Translations under genes and position numbers: made by a program
Notes under the pieces: model-generated
Database searches by the model: none
What the model saw: the letters and a program-made list of their open reading frames with translations, nothing else
What the model was told of the DNA's origin: nothing
Assembly: GCF_964213995.1 (NCBI RefSeq)
Contig: NW_027590802.1
Location: forward strand, 62,001-126,000
Source: Mustelus asterias
Lineage: Eukaryota
Direction: 5' to 3'
Length of the DNA stretch: 64,000 nucleotides
Shown: piece by piece, positions 49,101-60,484 of the stretch
How the letters are laid out: each line of letters starts with the position of its first letter
Position numbering within the stretch: position 1 is the first letter of the stretch

Positions 49101-50089
49101 TGCAAGAGGAGCAATGAACTGCCCTAACTGCCATCCCCTCCACCCAAACTCCCAACAAGATAAGAAGAGTTAGAAAAAAAGAAAAGCTTACCTGTTCTCA
49201 CACCGAGTCTTTCTTTTAGGTTAGAAGAGGAGGGAGGGTGGGAGGCATTGGACGTGAAATGTGTCGGGTTTCCTCACCGTTCAAACTTATTGGGTAAAAC
49301 AAAATTACCCAGGTCTCCCCACGGTCGACTTCCGGTTTTCTGCTGCTCTGAAAACAAAAGCTCCGAAAAAGCAAGTTAAAATCAAAAACTCAGCTTACCT
49401 TCCAGCTCTCCTCTCCAAAATCGCTCCCCTCTCTGCCTGCACCGCTGGAAGATCAAAATGGTTGGATCCTGGGACTGGAGTCTCCTCAAATCTTCTGCTT
49501 CATACGCGATATAAATAACAACAGATCCTAGCCTGGCAAGTGGTGTGTGTAGATTATTGTGTCTCCAGTTAATTCTGAGTTATTTACACCGTTTTGACAA
49601 TTAATATATAGTGTATATTTACACATGCCAGATTGATGCAACGGTTAATCGAGGTGATCAGCCTAATAGCTGAGAGATAGAGAGGAAGCAGCCTCTCGAT
49701 GCCTCAGTCACTTTCCATCAGGGTTACCCAAGTAGATTCTGGGATTGTTTTTCCTGAAAGAATCCGTGTGTCTTGTAGGGAGGAAAGAATCTCGGAATAG
49801 ACTGAAGACTGAATTTTGGATATCCCGGGAGTCAGTGACTGTTCATCAATTCAATCATTAATTTACATTTGTTCAATCGATTCAAGTAATTCTGTAATTG
49901 AAATGAAAAGTGTTGATAAAGAACAAGTAGTTCCTCTTGATTTGCTGCTGTTTGGATGAAAAATATCCCCACTTGCATGACGAGGGTCAAGAGTGGAGGG
50001 ACAAGATTAGACTTCCAACTCAGCTTTCACCCTTCCACCGTAACATGTTCAATTTTATCTGGAAAATTGGTAGTTGGCACAAATTGGAA

Positions 50090-50556
50090 GTAGGTCTTAT
50101 GAGGTCTTATGAGGAAAGTAGGTCTTATGAGGTCTTATGAGGAAAGGTTGAGGGAGCTAGGGCTTTCCGCTTTAGAGCGGAGGAGGATGAGAGGCGACTT
50201 AATAGAGGTTTATAAGATGATGAAGGGGATAGATAGAGTGGACGTTTAGAGACTATTTCCTCGCGTGGATGTAGCTGTTACTAGGGGGCGTAACTATAAG
50301 GTTCATGGTGAGAGATATAGGAGGGATGTCCAAGGTAGGTTCTTTACTCAGAGAGTGGTTGGGGTGTGGAATGGACTGTCTGCTGTGATAGTTGAGTCGG
50401 ACACTTTAGGAACTTTCAAGCGGTTATTGGATAGGCACATGGAGCACACCACAATGATAGGGAGTGGGACATCTTGATCTTGGTTTCGGACAAACCTCGG
50501 CACAACATCGATGGCCGAAGGGCCTGTACTGTGCAGTACTGTTCTATGTTCTATGT
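50090..50556 (+). mobile_element. CR1 3' fragment
   Basis: RT C-terminus (FFTQRVV..WN) and tail. Confidence 0.85.
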
Positions 50557-51544
50557 AACACTGATTTTCTATTCGAGCACAGGCACAATATTAATAAAGG
50601 CTGTGAAGATGCAAAGAAATGAAATCTTTCGCACATAATGTTTGTGTTTTCAAATCTCAAATAACCAGGACGTGTACTTTCAATTCATTCGTGGGACATG
50701 GGCGTCGCTGGCTGGCCAGCATTTATTGCCCACGCCTCGACGCCTGAGCGCAGTTGAGTGTCAAGGGCATTGCTTTGGCTCTGGAGTCACATGTAGTCTG
50801 GACCAGGTCAGGACGGCAGATTTGCTTCCCTGAATGACATGAAAGAACCAGATAGTCTTTGTTTCGACAATCGACTGTGGCTTCATGGTCATCAGATTCT
50901 TAATTCCAGATATATTTTTTCTTGAATTTAAATTCCTCCATCTGCCGTGGCAGGGTTCGAAACCGGGTCCGCAGAATATTCGCTGAGTTTCTGGATTAAC
51001 AGTTCAGCAACTCGGTCATCACGTCCCTTGAAGGAATTCTCTGGGAAACATACAAAGACTTTGGAAACACACATTGTGTAGGATTAAAAATCAGCAAATG
51101 TCAGCCACTCCCATTCAGAATTGGATTTGTGTCTGATAACTGCACCAAATGCATACTTTTCAGTTTGAAATAATTCTGTCCACAATCTGCCCATCCCACC
51201 CGCCACTGGAATTTTATCGTGCAGGTTGCGGACAATGTGAAACCCCCATTGACGGCAAAGCGGAATTTCCGGCTTTCAGCTTGTGTGACCGAACAATTCT
51301 GCCCAATATCTCCATGGGAAACAGAAACAGAGTTCCTGCACTGTCTCCGCTGATTAAAGGGCAAACACACCAACTGAACTCCTGCTCTAAACTTCAAAGT
51401 CTGACAAATGTTTCCAATAATCGTACGTCACCAACAGATTTTCAGATGGATTCCGAGATGCGCACAGGCCGTCGCGCCCAGCGGGAAACTCAGTAAACGG
51501 CCTCCACTGATGTCTCCTCGCCCGGTGTGCAGCTAGAGCAGCGC

Positions 51545-53550
51545 AGCGGGCTGGGAGAACAGGCGAATAGGCTGGAGGAAGTAGATGTTCGGAGGGAGGA
51601 TGTACTAGCAGTTTTGAATAAACTGAAGGTCGACATGTCCCCTGGGCCAGATGAAATATATCCTAAGATTCCTTGGGAGGCAAGGGTTGAGATTGCAGAG
51701 CCTTTGGCTTTGATTTTTGGGTCCTCGCTGTCCACGGGGATAGTGCCAGAGGACTGGAGAATGGCGAATGTTGTTCCTCTGTTTAAGAAAGGGAATAGAA
51801 AGGTAATTATAGACCGGTTAGTCTTACTTCGGTTGTTGGTAAATTGATGGAAAAGGTCCTTCGGGATGGGATTTACGACCATTTAGAAAGATGCGGATTA
51901 ATCCGGGATAGTCAGCATGGATTCGTGAAGGGCAAGTCGCGCCTCACAAATTTGATAGAATTTTTTGAGGAGGTAACCAAGTGTGTTGATGAAGGTAGGG
52001 CAGTTGATGTCATATACATGGATTTTAGTAAGGCGTTTGATAAGGTCCCCCATGGTCGGCTTATGATGAAAGTGGGGAGTTGTGGGATAGAGGGAAAGTT
52101 GGCCGATTGGATAGGTAACTGGCTGTCTGATCGAAGACAGAGGGTGGTGGTGGATGGAAAATTTTCGGATTGGAGGCAGGTTGCTAGCGGAGTGCCACAG
52201 GGATAGAACAGTACAGCACAGAACAGGCCCTTCGGCCCACGATGCTTGGTCCTCTGCTCTTTGTGATTTTTATTAATGACTTAGAGGAGGGGGCTGAAGG
52301 GTGGATCAGTAAATTTGCTGATGACACCAAGATTGGTGGAGTAGTGGATGAGGTGGAGGGCTGTTGTAGGCTGCAAAGAGACATAGATAGGATGCGAAGC
52401 TGGGCCGAAAAATGGCAAATGGAGTTTAACCCTGATAAATGTGAGGTGATTCATTTTGGTAGGTCTAATTTAAATGTGGATTACAGGGTCAAAGGTAGGG
52501 TTCTGAAAACTGTGGAGGAACAGAGAGATCTTGGGGTCCATATCCAAAGGTCTCTAAAGGTTGCCAATCAAGTGGATAGAGCTGGGAAGAAGGCCTATAG
52601 TGTGTTAGCTTTTATTAACAGGGGGTTGGAGTTTAAGAGCCGTGGGGTTATGCTGCAACTGTACAGGACCTTGGTGAGACCACATTCGGAATATTGTGTG
52701 CAGTTCTGGTCACCTCACTATAAGAAGGATGTGGAAGCGCTGGAAAGAGTGCAGAGGCGATTTATCAGGATGCTGCCTGGTTTGGAGGGTAGGTCTTATG
52801 AGGAAAGGTTGAGGGAGCTAGGGCTGTTCTCTCTGGAGCAGAGGAGGCTGAGGGGAGACTTAATAGAGGTTTATAAAATGATGAAGGGGATAGATAGAGT
52901 GAACGTTCAAAGACTATTTCCTCGGGTGGATGGAGCTATTATAAGGGGGCATAATTATAGGGTACGTGGTGGGAGATATTGGAAGGATATCAGAGGTAGG
53001 TTCTTTACGCAGAGAGTGGTTGGGGTGTGGAATGGACTGCCTGCAGTGATAGTGGAGTCAGACACTTTAGGAACATTTAAGCGGTTATTGGAGAGGCACA
53101 TGGAGCACAACAGGATGATAGGGAGTGGGATAGCTTGATCTTGGTTTCAGATAAAGCTCGGCACAACATCGTGGGCCGAAGGGCCTGTTCTGTGCTGTAC
53201 TGTTCTATCTTCTATGTTCTAGATAGTCAATATCTTTTCCCAAAGGTAGGGGAGTCTAAAACTAGAGGCCATAGGTTTACGTTGAGAGGGGAGAGATACA
53301 AAACTGTCCAGAGGGGCATTTGTTTCACACAGGGGGTGGTTAGTGTCTTGAACAAGCTGCCAGAGGTAGCAATCGAGATTGGTACAATTTTATTATTTAA
53401 AAAGCGTTTAGATAGTTACATGGGTACGATGGGTACAGAGGGATATGGGCCAAATGTAGGTAATTGGGATTAGATCAGGGATTTAAAAAAAAAGGCGCCA
53501 TGGACAAGATGGGCCGAAGGGCCTGTTTCCATGCTGTAAACTCTATGACA
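51545..53550 (+). mobile_element. 5'-truncated CR1 RT region plus an adjacent CR1 3' fragment
   Basis: RT ORFs 51527-53138; 3' tails near 53215 and 53545. Confidence 0.88.
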
Positions 53551-54929
53551 AGGCTTTGGATCGAGTGCTGGAAGATGGGATTCGACTTGATAGGTGTTTG
53601 ATGACCAGTTCAGACATAATGCGCCGAAGGACCTCATTTTGTGCGGTTAAAACTCGATGGCTGTTCGACCACCCTCAGCAGTGGCCCTATCGCTTGCAGC
53701 TCTCACAGGGCTGGCTGGGATATCGACCACGGACCAAACCTATGTGGTTGCAAATGTGCAATTGCAGCCAGCAGTGAGCTGCCTGGTCTGAGAGACATTT
53801 GTCAACTCTCTGCTGCTGCAGCTCACTTGAGCACAGCAGCTGCCCCCAGATAGTCCGGGGGCCCCCAGCTTTTTGTAAGCAGCCTCCGACCAGATATGGA
53901 CCCATCCCCCTCCCCACCACCTGGACCAATCACCCTCCCTTCCCCCACACCAATTGCATGCAGAATGTCAGCTGGGCAGAGAGGCAGCGAGTCACCCCTC
54001 CCTACCCCACTGTGCATGCAGAGAGGCGGCGAGACCCCCTCCCTACCCCACTGTGCATGCAGAGAGGCAGCGAGACCCCCCTCCTTAACAACACCAATCA
54101 CGTGCAGAGTGGCAGCGGGGACCACCCCACAGACAGCGTGCAGATTGGTAACGGGACCCTCTCCCACCCAGCAACTCCGTTCAGAGTAGGCCCCGCTACC
54201 TTCAGTGTCCGCTCCTGTAGACGCCGCCAGCTCATGCCCCACTCCCTGGTACTGCCCGGTGAGCATTGCCCAAGGGGCACCTAACTTTGCCCTCGACCTT
54301 GCCCAGTGCCCTCAATGGCCTTCAGTTCTCCCGGCGAGGCCATCACGACTCGTCCTCATACATGTGGCCAGCTGTTTTCCTCACCAGACCCAACCTCTCC
54401 CGGTGAGGCTGCAAAGGCAAGTGTGGCACACAATTCCATCCCAGGCTCGCGAATGTTATTTCAATTTGTTTCAAAATAAATTTAAATAATTTAATCGGCC
54501 TCTTTCCAGAAATGGGCAGGAGGCTCTATCCGCCGCATATTCGTTGCCGGTGAAGGTTGCAAGAGGCGAGAAATGGGGCATGGACCTGGGTTCTAGCCTG
54601 TCACGCAGTTTTACTTGATCACCCCGCCATCAATGGGCAGGGAGTAGTTGTTATCCAGCCCCCCTACCGTGTGTGTGTTGCGTGTGTCCATATTGCCTGT
54701 ACCAGTATGCATGTGTGTGTGTGCGTGTTTGTGTGTGAGCAAGAGAGCACCTGACGAGTGTTCCTAAGTGTGCGTTATTCTGGAGTGTTCCACCAATTTT
54801 GGTTCTTGAATCTGTGTGTGTGTGTGAGTAAGTGTCTCAATATGATTGCTTCTATCAGTAAATGTGTGTATTAATGTATGTGTGTTTGGGTGTGTCTGTG
54901 TGTTTGTGTTCCTGTTGCTCTCGGAGAGC

Positions 54930-55225
54930 TTGTGGTGGCACAGGGGATAGCATTGTTGCCTCCCAGCACCAGAGGTCCTGGTTCAATTGCAGGCTTGGCC
55001 ACTGTCTGTGCAGATTCTGCAAGTTCCCCCTGTGTCTGCTGGGTTTGCTCCAGGTGCTCCCGTTTCCTCCCACACTCTGAAAGTTGTGCTGGTTTGGTGC
55101 ACTGGCCCTGCTAAATTCTCCCTCAGTGTACCTGAACAGGCGCTGGAGTGTGGGCGACTCGGGGATTTTTATTGTAACTTCATTGCAATCTTAATGTTCG
55201 CATACTTGTGACACTGATGAATAAA
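54930..55225 (+). mobile_element. V-SINE
   Basis: Core; tail like those at 4200-4280 and 5830-5930. Confidence 0.75.
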
Positions 55226-55399
55226 TTTCAAATTTAATGAAATATGTACTCTGTAAGATCCTGCTGTGTACATATGACCAATAAAATTGAATCTGCGGCC
55301 TCGTGAATGGGTGGGTGAACTGGTGTTACGTGTGGACGATAAAAAGGATTCTGTGTCAATCTTTTATGCACGGTGGAATATCGTTTGAGGTCACATGTG

Positions 55400-56345
55400 A
55401 TTTGTGATTTTTATTAACCATTTAGAGGAGGGGGCTGAAGGGTGGATCAGTAAGTTTGCTGATGACACCAAGATTGGTGGAGGGCTGTTGTAGACTGCAA
55501 AGAGACATAGACAGGATGCAAAGCTGGGCTGAAAAATGGCAGACGGAGTTTATCCCTGATAAATGTGAGGTGATTCATTTTGGTAGGACATATTTAAATG
55601 TGGATTACAGGGTCAAAGGAAGAGTTCTGAAGACTGTGGAGGAACAGAGAGATCTGGGGGTCCATATCCACAGATCTCTGAAGGTTACCACTCAAGTGGA
55701 TAGAGCTGTGAAGAAGGCCGATAGGGTGTTATCTTTTATTAATAGGGGGTTGGATTTTAAGAGCCGTGGGGTTATGCTGCAACTGTACAGGACCTTGGTG
55801 AGACCACATTTGGCATATTGTGTGCAGTTCTGGTTACCTCACTATAAGAAGGATGTGGAAGCGCTGGAAAGCGTGCAAAGGAGGTTTACCAGTCTGTGGC
55901 TGGTTAGGAGGGCAGGTCTTAGGAGGAAAGGTTGAGGGAGCTAGGGCTGTTCTCTTTGGAGCGGAGGAGGTTGAGGGGAGACTCAAGAGAAGTTTATAAA
56001 ATGATGAAGGGGATAGATAGAGTGAACGTTCAAAGGCTACTTCCTCGGATGGATGGAGCTATTACAAGGGGGATAACTACAGGGTTCATGGTCGGAGATG
56101 TAGGAAGGATGTCCGAGGTAGGTTCTTTACTCAGAGAGTGGTTGGGGTGTGAAATGGACTGCCTGCAGTGATAGTGGAGTCAGACGCTTTAGGAACATTT
56201 AAGCGGTTATTGGATAGGCACATGGAGCACACCAGAATGATAGGGAGTGGGATAGCTTGATATTGGTTTCAGCTAAAGCCCGGCACAACATCGTGGGCCG
56301 AAGGGCCTGTGCCGTGCTGTACTGTTCTATGTTCTATGTCTATGG
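55400..56345 (+). mobile_element. CR1 3' fragment
   Basis: Frameshifted RT C-terminus and tail, similar to 52260-53215. Confidence 0.85.
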
Positions 56346-56660
56346 AAAATCACAGCACACAGAAGAAATCTTAGCCCATCGACCCTGAGACAGTTGTCAG
56401 TGGCTGAAATAATTAATAACCGGATACAGAGATTCAACAGAAACATCAAGAGCAGCAAACCCAGTACAGTCAATGGCAAGGAAATCAATACAGTGAAACA
56501 GCCTTTCTAGAATTAGGAACTGGACACAGGGGACGGGACTTTACAGCCTCTCTCTTCCCCAAGCTGCAACATCCCACCCGTGTCCAACCGACCTTCCCAT
56601 GCTCCGCCCCTCGCCTGCTCCTATTCCCGTGGCGGTCGGCCGGTACAATTCCAGCCAGGG

Positions 56661-58945
56661 ACAAAGAACAAAGAACAGTACATCACAGGAAACAGGCCCT
56701 TCGGCCCTCCAAGCCTGTGCCGCTCCTTAGTCCAACTAGACCAATCGTTTGTATCCCTCCATTCCCAGGCTGCTCATGTGACTATCCAGGTAAGTCTTAA
56801 ACGATGTCAGCGTGCCTGCCTCCATCACCCTACTTGGCAGCGCATTCCAGGCCCCCACCACCCTCTGTGTAAAAAACGTCCCTCTGATGTCTGAGTTATA
56901 CTTCGCCCCTCTCAGCTTGAGCCCGTGACCCCTCGTGATCGTCACCTCCGACCTGGGAAAAGGCTTCCCACTGTTCACCCTATCTATACCCTTCATAATC
57001 TTGTATACCTCTATTAGATCTCCCCTCATTCTCCGTCTTTCCAAGGAGAACAACCCCAGTCTACCCCATCTCTCCTCATAGCTAAGACCCTCCATACCAG
57101 GCAACGTCCTGGTAAACCTTCTCTGCACTCTCTCCAATGCCTCCACGTCCTTCTGGTAGTGCGGCGACCAGAACTGGACGCAGTACTCCAAATGCGGCCT
57201 AACCAGCGTTCTATACAGCTGCATCATCAGACTCCAGCTTTTATCCTCTATACCCCGTCCTATAAAGGCAAGCATACCATATGCCTTCTTCACCACCTTC
57301 TCCACCTGTGTTGCCACCTTCAAGGATTTGTGGACTTGCACACCTAGGTCCCTCTGTGTTTCTATACTCCTGATGACTCTGCCATTTATTGCATAACTCC
57401 TCCCTACATTATTTCTTCCAAAATGCATCACTTCGCATTTATCCGGATTAAATTCCATCTGCCACCTCTCCGCCCAATTTTCCAGCCTATCTATATCCTG
57501 CTGTATTGCCCGACAATGCTCTTCGCTATCCGCAATTCCAGCCATCTTTGTGTCATCCGCAAACTTGCTGATTACACCAGTTACACCTTCTTCCAAATCA
57601 TTTATATATATCACAAATAGCAGAGGTCCCAGTACAGAGCCCTGCGGAACACCACTGGTCACAGACCTCCAGCCGGAAAAAGACCCTTCGACCACTACCC
57701 TCTGTCTCCTATGGCCAAGCCAGTTCTCCACCCATCTAGCCACTTCTCCTTGTGTCCCATGAGCCTTAACCTTCTTAACCAACCTGCCATGTGGGACTTT
57801 GTCAAATGCCTTACTGAAATCCATATAGACGACATCCACGGCCCTTCCTTCATCAACCGTTTTTGTCACTTCCTCAAAAAACTCCACCAAATTTGTAAGG
57901 CACGACCTCCCTCTTACAAAACCATGCTGTCTGTCACTAATGAGATTGTTCCGTTCTAAATGCACATACATCCTGTCTCTAAGAATCCTCTCCAACAACT
58001 TCCCTACTACGGACGTCAAGCTCACCGGCCTATAATTTCCTGGGTTATCCCTGCTACCCTTCTTAAACAACGGGACCACACTCGCTATCCTCCAATCCTC
58101 AGGGACCTCACCCGTGTCCAAAGAAGCGACAAAGATTTCCGTCAGAGGCCCAGCAATTTCCTCTCTCGTCTCCCTGAGCAGTCGAGGATAGATGCCATCA
58201 GGCCCTGGGGCTTTGTCAGTTTTAATGTTCCCTAAAAAACCTAACACTTCCTCTCTCGTAATGGAGATTTTCTCTAACGGGTCAACACCTCCCTCCGAGA
58301 CACTCCCGGTTAACACGCCCCTCTCCTTCGTGAATACCGATGCAAAGTATTCATTTAGGATCTCCCCTATTCCCTTGGGTTCTAAGCATAATTCCCCTCC
58401 TTTGTCCCTGAGAGGTCCGATTTTCTCCCTGACAACTCTTTTGTTCCTAACGTATGAATAGAATGCCTTAGGATTCTCCTTAATCCTGCCTGCCAAGAAC
58501 ATCTCGTGCCCTCTTTTTGCCCTTCTAACTCCCCGTTTCAGTTCTTTCCTACTCTCTCTGTATTCCTCCAGAGCTCCATCTGTTTTCAGTTGCCTGGACT
58601 TAACGTACGCCTCCCTTTTCATTTTAATCAGATCCTCAATTTCCCTGGTTATCCACGGCTCTCGAATCCTACCTTTCCTATCTTTCCTTTTTACAGGCAC
58701 ATGCCTATCCTGCAGCCTTATCAATAGTTCCTTAAAAGACTCCCACATGCCAGATGCGGACTTACCCTCGAACATCCTCTCCCAATCAACATCCACCAAT
58801 TCCTGCCTAATCCGGCTATAGTCAGCCTTCCCCCAATTTAGCACCCTGCCCGTAGGACAGCACTCATCCTTGTCCATTATTATCCTAAAGTTAACAGAGT
58901 TGTGGTCACTATTTGCCACATGTTCCCCTACCGAAACTTTGACGA
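56661..58945 (-). mobile_element. Young 5'-truncated CR1 with an uninterrupted 727-aa RT ORF (56736-58919)
   Basis: Complete RT and C-terminal motifs, 3' tail; inserted about 12 nt into the GPCR intron. Confidence 0.92.
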
Positions 58946-58957
58946 CCCGGGACTTAC

Positions 58958-59635
58958 CCGGAACACCAACAATCGCCAGGAGGAGATAGTAAAAGCATTA
59001 AATCGCCTTCAGTCGATATTGAATCCGATCAACTGATGTTATCCAAAGACCATCTGCTGTAAACAGAGAAATCCAATGGAATAAACTCCTGTCCTTGGTT
59101 GGAACATTCCGGTTCATTGTTCCCAGACTCTGGTCCATTGTTGAAACATTCCGATTCATTGTTCCAAGATTCTGATCCATTTTCGGAAGGTTCCAATCCA
59201 TTGTTCCCAGATTCTGATCCATTGTTGGAACATTCCGCTTCATTGTTCTCAGATTCTGGAGGGCATAGGTTTAAGGTGAGACGGGAGCGATACAAAAGTG
59301 TCCAGAGGGGCAATTTTTTCACACAGAGGGTGGTTAGTGGCTGGAACAAGCTGCCAGAGGTAGCAGTAGAGGCGGGTCCAATTTTGTCTTTTAAAAAGCA
59401 TTTAGATAGTTACATGGATATAGAAGGATATGGCCCAAATGCGGGCAATTGGGGTTAGTTTACGAGTTTTAAAAGAAGGATGGCATGGGCAAATTGGGCC
59501 GAATGACCTGTTTCCATGCTGTTAACCTCTCTGACTCTGTTCTGATCCAATGTTGGAAGATTCCAATCCATTGTTCCCAGATTCTGATCCATTGTTGGAA
59601 GATTCCAATCCATTGCTCCCAGATTCTGATCTCTT
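58958..59635 (-). pseudogene. First coding exon of a rhodopsin-class GPCR (shark GPR139-like family), disrupted
   Basis: Heptad N-terminal repeats (MDQNLGT/MDWNLPT) in frame with ...RLKAI*CFYYLLLAIVGVP, the start of TM1; phase-1 donor G|GTAAGT at 58957; in-frame TAA at 58998-59000; LINE fragment inserted at 59257-59530. Confidence 0.6.
59095..59630. repeat. 21-bp tandem repeat in two blocks separated by a CR1 3' fragment
   Basis: Units such as CCATTGTTCCCAGATTCTGAT / CCATTGTTGGAAGATTCCAAT. Confidence 0.85.
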
Positions 59636-60332
59636 CTCTCCCTCCCTCTCTCTCCACAGACGCTGATCTCTGTTAGTGTTGGAGTTGTCGCTCCCGCTGA
59701 CTCAATGGGACAACACATTGAACGGAATCCCTTATTAATAGAAGAGGGAAATCCCTCCAGACACACTGATCGGATCACATCAACAACAGTCACAAAACAA
59801 ACAGCTTCACTTAACGCCCTTCAATCCAACACCTTTTACACCCAAAGTAGAAGATTTACAGCCGAGATGGGGTGTTGAGGGTCATGGAGGTCTGGAAAGT
59901 TGGAAATAATGTAGGGTCAATATTAATTCGATATAGCAGAGATCACTCTGCTGGTGTTAATTTCGAGATGATGAGAATACAAAAGAAGGGGTGTAATGCT
60001 GAGGGTTTATAAGACACTGGTCTGACCGCATTCAGAATATTGTCAGCAATTTTGGTCCCCGTATCTGAGGAAGGATGTGTTGGCCTTGGAGAGGGTCCAG
60101 AGCAGGGTCACAAGAATGATCCGAGGAATGAAAGACTTGACGCATGAGGAGCGCCTGAGGACTGGGGGTCCATACTCGATGCAGTTTGGAAGTATGAGGA
60201 AGGAGATAACATTGAAACTTACTGAATAATGAAAGGCCTGGATAGAGTGCACTTGGGGAAGATCTTTCCATTAGTAGGGGAGACTTGGACCCGAGGGCAC
60301 AGACTCAGAGGAAAGGGACGGCCCTTAAGAAA

Positions 60333-60484
60333 TGTGATGTGGAGATGTCGGCGTTGGACTGGGATGTACGCAGTAGGAAGTCTCACAACACCAGTTGCCC
60401 AGTCACCCGATGAAGGCGCAGCGTTCCGAAAGCTCGTGATTCGAAATAAACCTGTGGGTCTTTAAACTGCTGTTGTGAGACTTA
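60333..60484 (+). mobile_element. Short Penelope-derived element with a decayed hammerhead core
   Basis: TGATGTGGAGATG.CGGCGTTGGACTGGG start; CCGATGA...GAAAGCTCGTGA at 60403-60439. Confidence 0.7.

Larger units (their letters stand above)
44432..49450 (-). mobile_element. Near-full-length decayed CR1 LINE
   Basis: ORF1 esterase (VGDSIVRG), then endonuclease and RT fragments in order, then 3' tail. Confidence 0.88.

Noticed and set aside
53640-54660. Several overlapping GC-rich ORFs
   Set aside because: No recognisable domain; contains short internal repeats and looks like an unclassified repeat
59095-59630. Repeat array resembling CRISPR
   Set aside because: Contiguous 21-bp units without unique spacers, in vertebrate DNA with no cas genes
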